This document shows positions 11,535 through 22,339 of a stretch of DNA of 64,000 bases, in pieces. Each line of letters opens with the position of its first letter. The first letter of the stretch is position 1. The stretch spans positions 248,001 to 312,000 of the forward strand of contig JAANOX010000117.1 of the NCBI GenBank assembly GCA_020184695.1, given 5' to 3'. Both the position numbers and the translations under genes were made by a program. This stretch comes from Histomonas meleagridis 2922-C6/04-290x. Its lineage: Eukaryota > Protista > Parabasalia. The notes below the pieces were generated by a model. It worked only from the letters and a program-made list of their open reading frames with translations, did no database searches and was not told the DNA's origin.

Positions 11535-14261
11535 ATGGGGTTGGGATCATCAAAAGGGGAAAATCTTTTAGAACCTAATTATTTTGAGTGGAACCTTCTC
11601 CCAAGTAACAACAAATATTCATGTTCACCTGTTTTTACACAAGAAAATGAGAAATTTAATGCTTTTTTTAATTACAGTTTATCAACATTATTTATTTACT
11701 GTTGTTCAGCCTCCCAATGGCAATTTGATGAGACGTTTTCGTTTTCTATTGATGTTATATCAATGGAGCAATTAATTTCAACCAGAGCAAATTTTACAAA
11801 ATCTCAACCATTTTGTGCTATACATCTCCATGAATTCGATGATAAATTTTTTATTGGTATACACCTTTGTCCCAATTATCCATATACACGAAAAGACAGA
11901 TATTTAGGTTTACTAAATTCTGGATCAACTTGTTATATGGCCACTATAATTCAAATTTTATTTCACACAGGATCCTTTCGTCAACTGATTTATAGTTATA
12001 TTGATCCACCTCCAGCACCTGCAGCATTCCAACAATTATTTTTAGATTTACAATTATCATCACGTGCCCCAACTCTTGACACATTTATTCGTGCTCTTGG
12101 ATCCTTTAATGATTTAGCTAATGTTCAAAATGATGCCAATGAATTTTTAATTGGAATACTTGAACGTCTCGAAAATGATTTAGGGCAAACATTTACGACT
12201 TCCATAAATCATATTTTTGGAGGTCTTACAAAACATATCATTACTAATGACACTCTTTGTTATAAATATGAAAAAACAGAATCATTTTATACCTTTCCAA
12301 TACCAATCTCAGGTCTTAAAAATCTTTATGAAGCATTAGAACTTCTTACATCTACAGAGAAAATTGATTCATATGACACAGGCACAGACTTAGGAACGAT
12401 CGAAGCGCATCAAACGTTCACTTTTTCAAAGCTCCCTTCAATTTTTGCGTTTCACTTGTGTCGTTTTCAATATGTTTCAGAGAAAAATGCGGTTGTTGAA
12501 CTTCGTGATCATTTTGATTGTCCGTTTACGATAGACCTAAAGAATTATACTGAAGAAACTGATGTAGAAACAGAATATGAACTATATGCGATCTCAGCGC
12601 ATAGTGGAAATCCAATATTTGGACATTATACATCTTTCATTCGTATCAATTTAGGTGAACAATGGGTATATTTTAATGATGGTAGTACACGAATAGTTGA
12701 TTTACCAACCATATATCGATTATTTGGTACCGATACAACAGAGCAGCCATCTTTTTTTAAGTCTTTTATCTTTACCTCAGCTGTTGCATATATGGTATTT
12801 TATGTCCGTAAAGATTGCCAACATTTAGTTATCTCCAATGAATTCATACCATTACATTTAGTACCACATCGGTCCAATTTATATTTCTCGCGGTTTATCA
12901 TTGGCGAAGAGATCATAGGGAAGCCAATGAATCAAAATCTCGAATCATATAAATGGAGTAATCCCGATGATACATTTCTAACATTAGTGCAACGAATTCG
13001 TCCTAATTATGACGTCACTAATGTAAATGTATGGGCACAATTACCAGGCAAATCACAATTCATCGGGCCATTAACATTAACTACGAAAGCTTCAACATTT
13101 GTAATCAAAGGACATTCGACTGATTTCTATTACTTTAAATCTGATGAATTTAACTCGAATCCATTTTTCTTAGTTACAGAGAAATCGCCTTATCAAGTGA
13201 TAACATATGGGAATCAAATTCCACAATATTTCAAGCCTGAATTTGAGCCACGTTATCAACATCGACCATTTCGTAATGACATTACACAACCAGGTTCAAT
13301 TCTTTATGAGACATCATTCCAAAATATTATACTAAAGTTTAATGGTCCAATTCCAATATGTTTAAACATGTCATTAAATAATACATATTATGATGTCCAA
13401 AAGCGGATATCAATCGAGATAAATATTCAGCCAAGGAAAATATTATTATTAAATAACTCACAGCCAATGTTACCCTTAAATTATCCATTTGTTTCATGTT
13501 TCCCTTTAGGTAATTTGTCGTTCCAATTGCTCAAAAATAACGTGACTGTTTGTTCTTTATCTTTATATTCGCCACATTTCTTAAAACTTGTTACGTGTCA
13601 ATTCTATCAAAAACTAGTCGAACCTTTTTGGGTACCGAAAAATTATATATGTAAAGATATAATCGGATTAATACCAAAACTATTTCCGAACTTAGGATTA
13701 AGTGATAAATTAAATTACCAATTCTCAATAGGAAAATTCTCCAAAATCGAAAAGTTCTTTAATTATAAAGATAAACTTCCAAAAGAAAACTTTCGTGTAG
13801 ACTTAATTAGATATGAAATACCATTCACTAGAGAAAGAATTAAGAAAATGTTAATGAAAGGGGAGCCAATGAACATCGAAGTGAGAGTTACGACGTCATT
13901 ACATTGCGTAACATTCACAAGCGTGTCGCGTTTGTTACCAATAAGGAAACAAACTACGTGCGATGACGTCTTCAGGAAAATGAAGCGAATTAATGACTCT
14001 CCACAAAATGACCAAAAGAGTTCTGTGATTATTTTCATCAACGAAAAGCCGAAGATTAAGGAAATCGTTGAGGAGAATGAGCTGCTGTACCCGGTCATGC
14101 TGAGGATGACCGCGAAAATGACGAGGCAGAACCAGAGGTTTTGCATCGCAATTGTGGAGGAGGACTCGATAGTGGTAACAAGAGAGCCAACTTTGATATC
14201 GAGGTCACTAAGTGGTATGCTGAATAACAGGCCCAAAAATCAGGGAATATCTTATTTGTAA
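11535..14261 (+). CDS. Ubiquitin carboxyl-terminal hydrolase (USP, peptidase C19; USP7-like)
   Basis: Cys box GLLNSGSTCYM, QNDANEF, His box AISAHSGNPIFGHY...WVYFND. N-terminal MGLGSS could be a myristoylation site. Confidence 0.93.
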   Translation: MGLGSSKGENLLEPNYFEWNLLPSNNKYSCSPVFTQENEKFNAFFNYSLSTLFIYCCSASQWQFDETFSFSIDVISMEQLISTRANFTKSQPFCAIHLHEFDDKFFIGIHLCPNYPYTRKDRYLGLLNSGSTCYMATIIQILFHTGSFRQLIYSYIDPPPAPAAFQQLFLDLQLSSRAPTLDTFIRALGSFNDLANVQNDANEFLIGILERLENDLGQTFTTSINHIFGGLTKHIITNDTLCYKYEKTESFYTFPIPISGLKNLYEALELLTSTEKIDSYDTGTDLGTIEAHQTFTFSKLPSIFAFHLCRFQYVSEKNAVVELRDHFDCPFTIDLKNYTEETDVETEYELYAISAHSGNPIFGHYTSFIRINLGEQWVYFNDGSTRIVDLPTIYRLFGTDTTEQPSFFKSFIFTSAVAYMVFYVRKDCQHLVISNEFIPLHLVPHRSNLYFSRFIIGEEIIGKPMNQNLESYKWSNPDDTFLTLVQRIRPNYDVTNVNVWAQLPGKSQFIGPLTLTTKASTFVIKGHSTDFYYFKSDEFNSNPFFLVTEKSPYQVITYGNQIPQYFKPEFEPRYQHRPFRNDITQPGSILYETSFQNIILKFNGPIPICLNMSLNNTYYDVQKRISIEINIQPRKILLLNNSQPMLPLNYPFVSCFPLGNLSFQLLKNNVTVCSLSLYSPHFLKLVTCQFYQKLVEPFWVPKNYICKDIIGLIPKLFPNLGLSDKLNYQFSIGKFSKIEKFFNYKDKLPKENFRVDLIRYEIPFTRERIKKMLMKGEPMNIEVRVTTSLHCVTFTSVSRLLPIRKQTTCDDVFRKMKRINDSPQNDQKSSVIIFINEKPKIKEIVEENELLYPVMLRMTAKMTRQNQRFCIAIVEEDSIVVTREPTLISRSLSGMLNNRPKNQGISYL

Positions 14262-14400
14262 ATTTTTGTTTGGTTATAATTAATTATATTTTTAATGTAA
14301 CAAATGTTTAATATGCCTTTTTCACCTCATTTTGTCTGAACTGGTTGACTCCGATTGTTAATCCAGTTATAAAAGTGACAAAAAATACAGAAGAAAAAAA

Positions 14401-14473
14401 CACACCTACGGGGACTCGAACCCAGAGTCTCCTCCTTAGAAGGGAGGCGCATTATCCATTATGCTATAGGTGT
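14401..14473 (-). tRNA. tRNA-Arg(TCT)
   Basis: ACACCTA/TAGGTGT acceptor stem, D-loop with GG and A20, anticodon arm CCTCC-CT-TCT-AA-GGAGG, T-loop TTCGAGT, discriminator G. Confidence 0.93.
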
Positions 14474-14771
14474 TACCTATAAGCAATATTTAAGATAGAA
14501 TTTTTAATATTATGTTTGTATCTGCAAAATCTAAAAACGATAATTGACTGAGAAGAATGATCATCGTCAAAAGAAAAAAAAATTTAATTCATCAAATATT
14601 CACGAAAATTGTTTTTCGTATTTATTTACAAAGCATCATTAGAAAAAGTTAAATCTAAGTTAAAACTTGGATGCGGTTATGTGCTCTTTCTTTTGTGTAG
14701 TTTACTGTTCCACCGGATTGAATTTTGATAGAATGTCAATAATCATTCAAATACACAATTTTTGACAGGAT

Positions 14772-15257
14772 GTGAATTGGCTCATAAAATATTCAATATT
14801 TGATACAATTTGCACTTCTAAAATCAAAAAGCGTCCAGATATGAGCTCGTTGGATTCGCAACTCTTTCAGAAGCCTTATGGTTTCCCTTCTCCCAGTTAT
14901 CTATCACTGCAACGTGTAGCCGAAAGTTTTCCTGATAAGACTCGAAAAACCTCTCCATACGATATTGATGAAAACCAATTCTATGACATGTTTGGACAGC
15001 CATCCAAGGAAGAAATACCAGAGGTAGTTAAGCCTTCTTCATTAGGAGAAAATCCAATCTCTGTTCCAACAAAATCTTCGGATTGTATTTACAATCCTCA
15101 TATTATCAACAAAAGGAAAGTTGATAGAAATATCCGTCAAAAAAGCACTGCACGGAGGTTCATGTCACCTGAATATAAAACAAGGAAGACAATAAAATAT
15201 CAAAAATCAAGACACCCAATTCAACCAAGCCCAACCTTTTATATTAGCACAGATTGA
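14772..15257 (+). CDS. Hypothetical basic, low-complexity protein
   Basis: 161-codon ORF starting at a non-ATG codon; probable true start at the internal Met (MSSLDSQLFQ). No family recognised. Confidence 0.6.
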   Translation: MNWLIKYSIFDTICTSKIKKRPDMSSLDSQLFQKPYGFPSPSYLSLQRVAESFPDKTRKTSPYDIDENQFYDMFGQPSKEEIPEVVKPSSLGENPISVPTKSSDCIYNPHIINKRKVDRNIRQKSTARRFMSPEYKTRKTIKYQKSRHPIQPSPTFYISTD

Positions 15258-15289
15258 TAACTCTTTGTTTCTTGTTAAAAATAATTCTT

Positions 15290-16546
15290 TTATTCATTTT
15301 TAGATTTTTCTTGAAAAAGAACGTTAACGTCATAACCGTTAACTTCAAGCGAATGTAAAAAACAATCTCTGAGATTCGCTCTTTCGTTACTCTGATGAAT
15401 CTGTACTGCTACTTGGGAGACCTTCTTCACTTCGTTTATAAGAACGTCTGAAAGTACATCAACTGCTTGCTCAGTTGCTGATTTATATCCGTATTTAATA
15501 AGTTCTCTTCCAAGAAAACGCTTAAAAACTGATCTACAAAAAGGCATCGGAGATCCAGATGGAAGTTCAGCTTTACAACTAGAATATGGCATTGGATATG
15601 CATTTCCATGAGAATCACAAAAAAGTAATTCTGCTATAGAAAATGGTTCAAATGCATTTTCTATGGGCATTCCACATCTAGATTGTAATATTTGTGGTGT
15701 GAGTACAAATGCTGATCTTTGATGAAGTGGAAGTGCCATCTGTGAAACAAGAGCATCTGATCTTGAAATAGTCCAATCATCAATCTTCCCTAAAATAGGT
15801 GGTTGTGTGCATGATAAAATAAAATCTTTTGACGCTTCAAGCATCATCGCTATTCCTTCACAAACTTCGTGTGACACCGAAAATTGAGGGAAATTAAATT
15901 CGCCAGCGGGTTTAAGTGCTGCTGAAATTTCTTCATTATTTCCAAATTCAAAATGTCGAAGTGAATTCTCAATCATGAATTTAAGACACATATATTTGCG
16001 ATCAAGGCTTTCAAGAATTTTTGAAACTTCAATATAACATTGTCGAAGATCTTCAAGTTCGGAAAATAGCCAAGAGGAACCATCTGTAACATTTGCATTA
16101 CACATTTTACAAAGAGATTCTGGCGAAAAAATACAACCATGAAGATTCCAATTTCCATCTTCTGTTTCTTCCCAACCTTCAACTTCTCCTAAAATTTGTT
16201 TAAGGTTTTCTTTGTCAACTTGTGCACATGCCCTTCCATTTACAGATGTTGGTTGGATTCCTTGTGAAATACAATGAGCTGCCCAAAATGTTTGAAGAGT
16301 TGGAGAAAGACAATCATCTGGGAAATCATTTGAACTTGTTGGGACTTCAAGTTCTGTTGCATGTAAGTGCATTGCGATATCACATGGAAGAGAATCAACA
16401 TTCTCCCAGAAAACATCATAAGAATTTGTAGAAATAATTTTATCAAATACGTCTCCGCATGGAACAAGGTTGAAGAGATCTTCGATTACTGTTTCCTTTA
16501 CTCCGATTTTTTTTGAAATTTCCTCGAAGTCAGGCTCCTCTTCCAT
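15290..16546 (-). CDS. Protein with C-terminal bromodomain-associated histone fold (TAF3/TAF8/SPT7-like)
   Basis: C-terminus FCRSVFKRFLGRELIKYGYKSATEQAVDVLSDVLINEVKKV...DCFLHSL resembles the BTP histone fold. ATG at 16546, divergent from the next gene across about 100 bp. Confidence 0.65.
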   Translation of the reverse strand: MEEEPDFEEISKKIGVKETVIEDLFNLVPCGDVFDKIISTNSYDVFWENVDSLPCDIAMHLHATELEVPTSSNDFPDDCLSPTLQTFWAAHCISQGIQPTSVNGRACAQVDKENLKQILGEVEGWEETEDGNWNLHGCIFSPESLCKMCNANVTDGSSWLFSELEDLRQCYIEVSKILESLDRKYMCLKFMIENSLRHFEFGNNEEISAALKPAGEFNFPQFSVSHEVCEGIAMMLEASKDFILSCTQPPILGKIDDWTISRSDALVSQMALPLHQRSAFVLTPQILQSRCGMPIENAFEPFSIAELLFCDSHGNAYPMPYSSCKAELPSGSPMPFCRSVFKRFLGRELIKYGYKSATEQAVDVLSDVLINEVKKVSQVAVQIHQSNERANLRDCFLHSLEVNGYDVNVLFQEKSKNE

Positions 16547-16652
16547 ACTCAATTCACAATGTTTGTTTGAAATTAACGTTCAATACTTTACATATCAAAA
16601 TGATTTCAGATCACATTTCGTTTGTTCGTTGACATGTGATTTGAAAACACAT

Positions 16653-18659
16653 ATGTTCGAGGACCTCCGAAATTTTGAGTTCCCACAATTAAACACAGGG
16701 ACCTTTGCTGATTTTGGAGGAAGCTTTCCAATGAGCAAATCTGTTGTAAATAGAATTAATGAGTATTCTACAGATTTATTTGCATTATATCCAATTGAGT
16801 CATCTGGTAACTCTAAGATTGAAATTGAAATAGAAGACTTCAAGACAGACCTCCTTTCCTTGTTTCATACAAATAAGGAAGAATATACTGTTTTTTTCTC
16901 TTCAAATACTTCAGCTGCAATTAGATTTCTTGGATTTGCTTTTCCTTGGGATCAAGGAAGCAGATTTATTTATCACATTGATGCACATAATTCTATTTTA
17001 GGAATTCGTAAAATTACAGCAAAACGAAATGGAGAAGTTAATGCTGTTGGATCTTTTCCAAAATCAACAGGCAACAATCATTCTTTGTTTGCCTTTTCTC
17101 CACAAAGCAATTTCAATGGGAAAAAGTATCCACTTGATTGGATTGAACAATTTCAAAATCTAAATCCAGGAAAATCACATGTTTTAATAGATTGTGCAGC
17201 ATATTCTCCAACATGTGACCTTGATCTTTCTAAGCACAAACCAGAATTTATTGTCATATCACTTCTTAAAATGTTTGGCTCTAATGGCGGCGCATTAATC
17301 GTCAAAAATACTGCTCTTGATCTAATCAAAGAAGTTCCTTCCATACCTTATGATCCAATGTCTATTGTTGGTGCATATGCTGGATTAAGAGTTAGAAAGT
17401 CATTTGAAAATGCTCTTGGTACTGAAACAATATCACAACATGTCTACAATCTTGCGTCTACTTTGTTTACGAAGCTCAAATCAATGAAGCACTACAACGG
17501 GGCACCCCTTGTACGGTTATATCCAGATGAATTCAAAGGAATTGAAGAACAAGGAGGAACGATTGCGTTCAATTTATTTGACAGCAAAAACAACCCAATT
17601 TCACACGACTCAATTTTTACGGTTGCAACCGCCGACTCAATTTTTCTGAGGTTTGGGGTGCACTGTAATCCAGGGGCAACCTATACGAATTTGGGGTGGG
17701 CCCCGAACAAGATTGAGCTTGCCACCAGAAAACATGAAGCTGCTTGCTCACTAACAGCCTCAATAATTGATAATATACATGTCGGTACTATCCGTGTCTC
17801 TTTTGGTTACATTTCCAATATGAGAGATGTTGATAAAATTGCATCTTTTTTCGAATCACATTTTATCGAAAAAGAACCCAAAGAAATGCCTATCCCCAGC
17901 TCATTTGAACTTGATAAAGTCTTCATTCATCCAATTAAAGGTTGCCAAGGTGTGGAAATCACATCTGATACTTATCGGTTTGTCAGAACAGGTCTTATCT
18001 ACGACGAAAACTGGGGTATAGCTGATGAGCTTTCTACTTTTTTGGATCGGAATCGTTGTCCACTTCTCGCTACTTTGCGGATAGAAATCAATGACAACTT
18101 AATGACCATCACATCTCTTGATGGCCGAAGCCTTACAATATCTCTACACGATCGTCCCAAGGGCACGAAATTCACGTCTTCCACTGTTTGCCATGAAAAG
18201 ATCAATGGCGCAATTTATGACCAACATGTCAACCAATGGTTTACTGATGTCTTAGGGCAGAAGGCTGTCCTTGTCCGCCTTGATGCCACCGAAATGAAGC
18301 CATTCCGCTGTTTTTTCACGTCATCTCTCGAATCAGTCGGATGCACAAATGTTGAACAATTGCGTCCACACTTCATATTCAAGAGCAATGAGCCATTCGA
18401 AGAGGACGTATGGGCACAACACGTGCAGACCGCAACGCTTGGCGACGATTTGCGATTTGATGTGTCCGGGAAATTGCTTCTGCGCACTGAGGCAATGATC
18501 GACTGCGAAACGGGAAAGGAAACATCGCCGCTGCTGCACTCGATATGTCTGCTGCACGGCGGATGCGCTAAGCCAACGTTCGGCATAGAGTTAGTCGCAC
18601 AGTTTGTGCCTTCGAGAAAGAATCCGAAGGAACTGAAGCTGAACTCTGTGCTGAAGTAA
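16653..18659 (+). CDS. MOCOS: Molybdenum cofactor sulfurase (NifS-like PLP domain plus MOSC-N domain)
   Basis: SLLKMFG (PLP Lys), LRFGVHCNPGA (persulfide Cys), GTIRVSFGY, then LDKVFIHPIKGC and GLIYDENW (MOSC-N). Likely start MFEDLR at 16653. Confidence 0.85.
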   Translation: MFEDLRNFEFPQLNTGTFADFGGSFPMSKSVVNRINEYSTDLFALYPIESSGNSKIEIEIEDFKTDLLSLFHTNKEEYTVFFSSNTSAAIRFLGFAFPWDQGSRFIYHIDAHNSILGIRKITAKRNGEVNAVGSFPKSTGNNHSLFAFSPQSNFNGKKYPLDWIEQFQNLNPGKSHVLIDCAAYSPTCDLDLSKHKPEFIVISLLKMFGSNGGALIVKNTALDLIKEVPSIPYDPMSIVGAYAGLRVRKSFENALGTETISQHVYNLASTLFTKLKSMKHYNGAPLVRLYPDEFKGIEEQGGTIAFNLFDSKNNPISHDSIFTVATADSIFLRFGVHCNPGATYTNLGWAPNKIELATRKHEAACSLTASIIDNIHVGTIRVSFGYISNMRDVDKIASFFESHFIEKEPKEMPIPSSFELDKVFIHPIKGCQGVEITSDTYRFVRTGLIYDENWGIADELSTFLDRNRCPLLATLRIEINDNLMTITSLDGRSLTISLHDRPKGTKFTSSTVCHEKINGAIYDQHVNQWFTDVLGQKAVLVRLDATEMKPFRCFFTSSLESVGCTNVEQLRPHFIFKSNEPFEEDVWAQHVQTATLGDDLRFDVSGKLLLRTEAMIDCETGKETSPLLHSICLLHGGCAKPTFGIELVAQFVPSRKNPKELKLNSVLK

Positions 18660-19165
18660 AGTGTAAAATTGTAATAAATGAAATCTGTAAAAATTTGATT
18701 TAAATGATTAGACACACCAATCACAAAATATAGAAGGCGCTGCTAAGCATTTGTTTTTGAGAAAAATTTCTTTAATTCAGAAACATCATGAAACAGATCT
18801 CTTATGATTGTTTGGATTTAAATTTAGGAAAAAATAAAATTACATTTATTTTGAGATTATCATCATATTCATCTTGGTTTTATTTTTCTGGTTTTGTATT
18901 AAACAGTATCTCGCAAAGGTGGATGCAAATCAAAAAATTTAAGCTTTTTATTAATTTCATACTCATATTGGTAATTTAGAATATATATATATATTAAACT
19001 ATAGTATAACCATAATTCAGTGTTTATTGTTAACACAACAACAAATATATAATAAGGTTGTTTCGAACCAGAATATAAAATCATATATATATATATATAA
19101 GAACTTTGATATGCAAAAAATTATTTATATGAAATTTTATCACTAACATATGGATTCATCAATGA

Positions 19166-20646
19166 TTATAACCATTGGTCATTTTCTTTAATGATAAAGT
19201 CATTAAATTGCTTATCTACAACTTCGGTTTTATTACCGTCTGTATCACCTTTTGATGTTGACTTGTCTGTATCACTTAAAATTTGCTTTTGATTTCTTTT
19301 TATTAAAAATATAACAATTGCAATTATAACAAAAATTATTATTACTGCGCCGCATATAATACCAATTTTGCACTTTTTGGTAAGCCGTTGTTTTGCTGCA
19401 AATCTTTTTGGATTATGGTATAATAATTGGAATAAAATACATAAAATGATGAATAATGATAAATAATATATTCGTATGTAACAAATTTGGAATTGATATA
19501 ATAATATGTTGAACGAGAGAAAGCAATTGTAATCGTATTAGTGAAAAATGATACGGAAATTACTGTCTGAGTGATGGAGTGCGTCGAAATTATTGTGCTA
19601 ATAAATGTTCCTCCAAATTGGTACGTGAATATATTCGATTCAGTAAAAGCATTTGACTGTATAAATGAGTTGGATTTAGTGAATGTATTCAAATTAGAAA
19701 ATGTATTTGAATTAGAAAATGAATTGGATTTAGTGAATGTATTCGAATTAGAAAAAGTATTTGACTACGTAAAAGTTAAAGTTACCAAATCCATAGTAAT
19801 ATCACAAACATACACATATCCTGAATCTAACGAAGCAATTTGAATTACTTCGTCTACAGAATGTCCATTTCGAACAACAGACAACGTAATTCCATTTGTT
19901 AATGTTTGTGGAAATAATATCATTTTACATGCAATTGTTTGTGAAGCTGTATTAACAGTACAAATATTTGTGATGTCCCAATTATTAATTATAGATGCAT
20001 CTGAATTAACAGCTGCACTTCCATCAGTGTAATAATTTCCATCATGTTTTATACCACTAATATAAAAAGTATAATCTGAAAGTGTCTGTGATGTAATTTG
20101 CGTTGCGTCAAAATGAATTGTTAAATACAAACGAGCCATTTTTCTGGAAAGTGATACAGTTATTGTGTTAGTAGACGATCGAATTGTGCTAGATCGACCA
20201 AACATAAAATCTAAAGCTTTCATTGTTACTTCGCCATTTTGTTTTCTTGTGTCAGTTATTAATGAACTAGGATAGAAGCAAGTTATAGTAAAGTATGTTC
20301 CTCCAGAGAGAGTTACCCCTTCTGAAAACATTGTATTTTTAAACAGACCATTTGAAGAAGAGGTATACCATACACAACCAGTGAAGGTTATACCATCACC
20401 TACAAGATCTACTAGCATTTGATCGTATGATTCCCATGAACTGTCTGTTGTAAGAATTTTCCTTAAATGATTATTTGTGTTTTCATGTTCGTTAATTAAC
20501 TTAAAATATGAACTGGTGAGTTTAGATGATTTGATACTATTGCCAAGTTTTAACCAGCTTACATCAAATTGTGCTGTTAAACTTTGGATTTGAGATCTTT
20601 GATAAGATGATTGAGACTGTGCACGTGCTAAATACAGGATAATCAT
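19166..20646 (-). pseudogene. Disrupted surface protein: signal peptide, fimbrillin-like ectodomain, SNTF stalk, TM helix, acidic tail ending DQWL
   Basis: ATG at 20646 (MIILYLARAQS); in-frame TAG at 19765-19767 and the same frame continues through SNTFSNSNTFTKSN repeats. A one-base frameshift near 19357 hides TM KIGIICGAVIIIFVIIAIVIFLI and tail ...IIKENDQWL*. Confidence 0.8.
19640..19764 (-). repeat. Degenerate 18-nt coding repeats (S-N-T/S-F-S/T-x stalk)
   Basis: SNTFSN SNTFTK SNSFSN SNTFSN LNTFTK SNSFIQ SNAFTE. Confidence 0.8.
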
Positions 20647-21284
20647 CACATTGCTTGATGTTAATATTTGTAAAAAAATACTTATAACGCAAGAAGATCT
20701 GACAACACAAAATTTCAAAGCCAAAATTTTGAATCGTTGATTGAAAAACTAACAATTTGAAAACAAAAAGTGCCAAAATTTGTTTTAATCATTCCATGAA
20801 TTGACCTCATTGAAAAAGTGGTCTCGAAACTTCATTATTGCGACGCACTTTTTTCTAATCAAAAAGTGGATCAAGTGTCAAACCCCCGGTACCTATTTGA
20901 TGCTTATCTCTTTAATACATCTAATTTCATAAATTGATGTTAATTTATTTTAGTAAAACTTATTTCATCAATTGATGCACATTTCTCCACTTGCTACAGC
21001 CTATATAATCTTTTAAACCATCTTGTTCTTCATTCTTTTTGAATTTGATCATATTTTGATCAAATATTAGTTTTTTTCATTGTTCTATCTATTTCGTTCT
21101 TTTAATGCGCCTCATTCATGCATCAACTTTACTTCGATTACTCTTTTTTTGTGTATTGATTTATCATTCGTTTTGTTCATTTTTTGTTGTTTTTGCATCT
21201 CAATCACCATTAATGTTTAAACATTTTACTAGGATTGAAATAAGAATTAAATATTAATTAATGTCCTGATTATAATATCAACAA

Positions 21285-21356
21285 GGGAGTATAGCTCAGT
21301 GGGAGAGCGCCACTTTAGCATAGTGGAGGCCTGGGGTTCAATCCCCCATACTTCCA
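21285..21356 (+). tRNA. tRNA-Ala(AGC)
   Basis: GGGAGTA/TACTTCC acceptor with the G3:U70 alanine identity pair, anticodon arm CCACT-TT-AGC-AT-AGTGG, T-loop TTCAATC, poly-T terminator downstream. Confidence 0.96.
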
Positions 21357-21399
21357 TTTTTTTGCGCATCAATGAAACTTTTTTTCTTTAAGAGTTCGA

Positions 21400-22146
21400 G
21401 AGCTGAAAAAGAAACGCAGCATAGCTCAAGGCATAGGTAATACCCCAATAAATTTTTGTAGAGAGACTTTAGGATTTTCTGAAAATCGGATACATCTGGG
21501 AAGTGGGATATCCAATCAAGAAACCCCTCTAGAGGGGTTAAATATTTAATCCTTTACACCCTCCTGAGATAAAGATGAATCCATCTTTGCTTTCAGGAAC
21601 AATAACCATCGACAAACTTATTGAATGTAAGCAGATTAAAATGATATCTAAATACCATAAAATTGCACCCTTTTTTAAAAGCAATGATGGATTTATAGTA
21701 CTAGAATTAATTTCAATAATGGTATACTAATTCTTTTTTAGAAGATTCTAAATATTTAGTAACATAGATTTGTAAATAAAATCACAATGATGAATTCATT
21801 GGACCAAAATATAAAATAAAATTCGAGTAAAACTATAAAGAATAAATTTTTATTTAAAACTTTTTGGTTTATTTTTTCTTCATCACCAACAAAATCAATT
21901 TCAATAAAGTAACCAACGAAACAAACACATTTTCAACCAGAAACATTTCTGTTTCTATCACTTCAGCATATTTTAATAACATCAAAATTTTGGCACTCTC
22001 AATAATCCCAAGATATGACCGCACACACCTTTATGGTAAGCATTACGAAGCACACGCATGAAAGTTCCTGAGCCGCCATAACATAGCGCAGTGATTACGT
22101 AACATGCCAAAACGAGATTTTTATTCTCGAAAAAGAACAATTCCAT
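21400..22146 (-). pseudogene. Decayed multi-pass membrane protein (DMT/SLC35-like, tentative)
   Basis: Hydrophobic protein-like segments in shifted frames (MELFFFENKNLVLACYVITALCYGGSGTFMRVL...GVCGH; SLLLKKGAILWYLDIILICLHSISLSMVIVP; KIYWG) with several stops. Confidence 0.3.
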
Positions 22147-22339
22147 ATATACAAAACTGAAAAAGATAAAATATATAATAAAGATAATAAAATATATAAA
22201 GCATTTTGTTTTGAAGAAAAATAAAACCAAAATCAGAATATTAAAATGTAAACTGTTCAAAACTTTTCAAAAAATATTTTTCAGGAGGACGATACATATC
22301 GTGACACACCCCAACTGAAAACACACAAACACTTGAATC

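Noticed and set aside
20869-20878. GATCAAGTGT resembling U2 snRNA
   Set aside because: The essential GTAGTA branch-recognition sequence does not follow.
21522-21539. 18-bp perfect palindrome AACCCCTCTAGAGGGGTT and nearby hairpins or Sm-like AATTTTTG as an snRNA
   Set aside because: No diagnostic U1/U2/U4/U5 motif, and the segment also reads as part of a decayed membrane-protein frame on the minus strand. An ncRNA cannot be supported without a covariance-model search.
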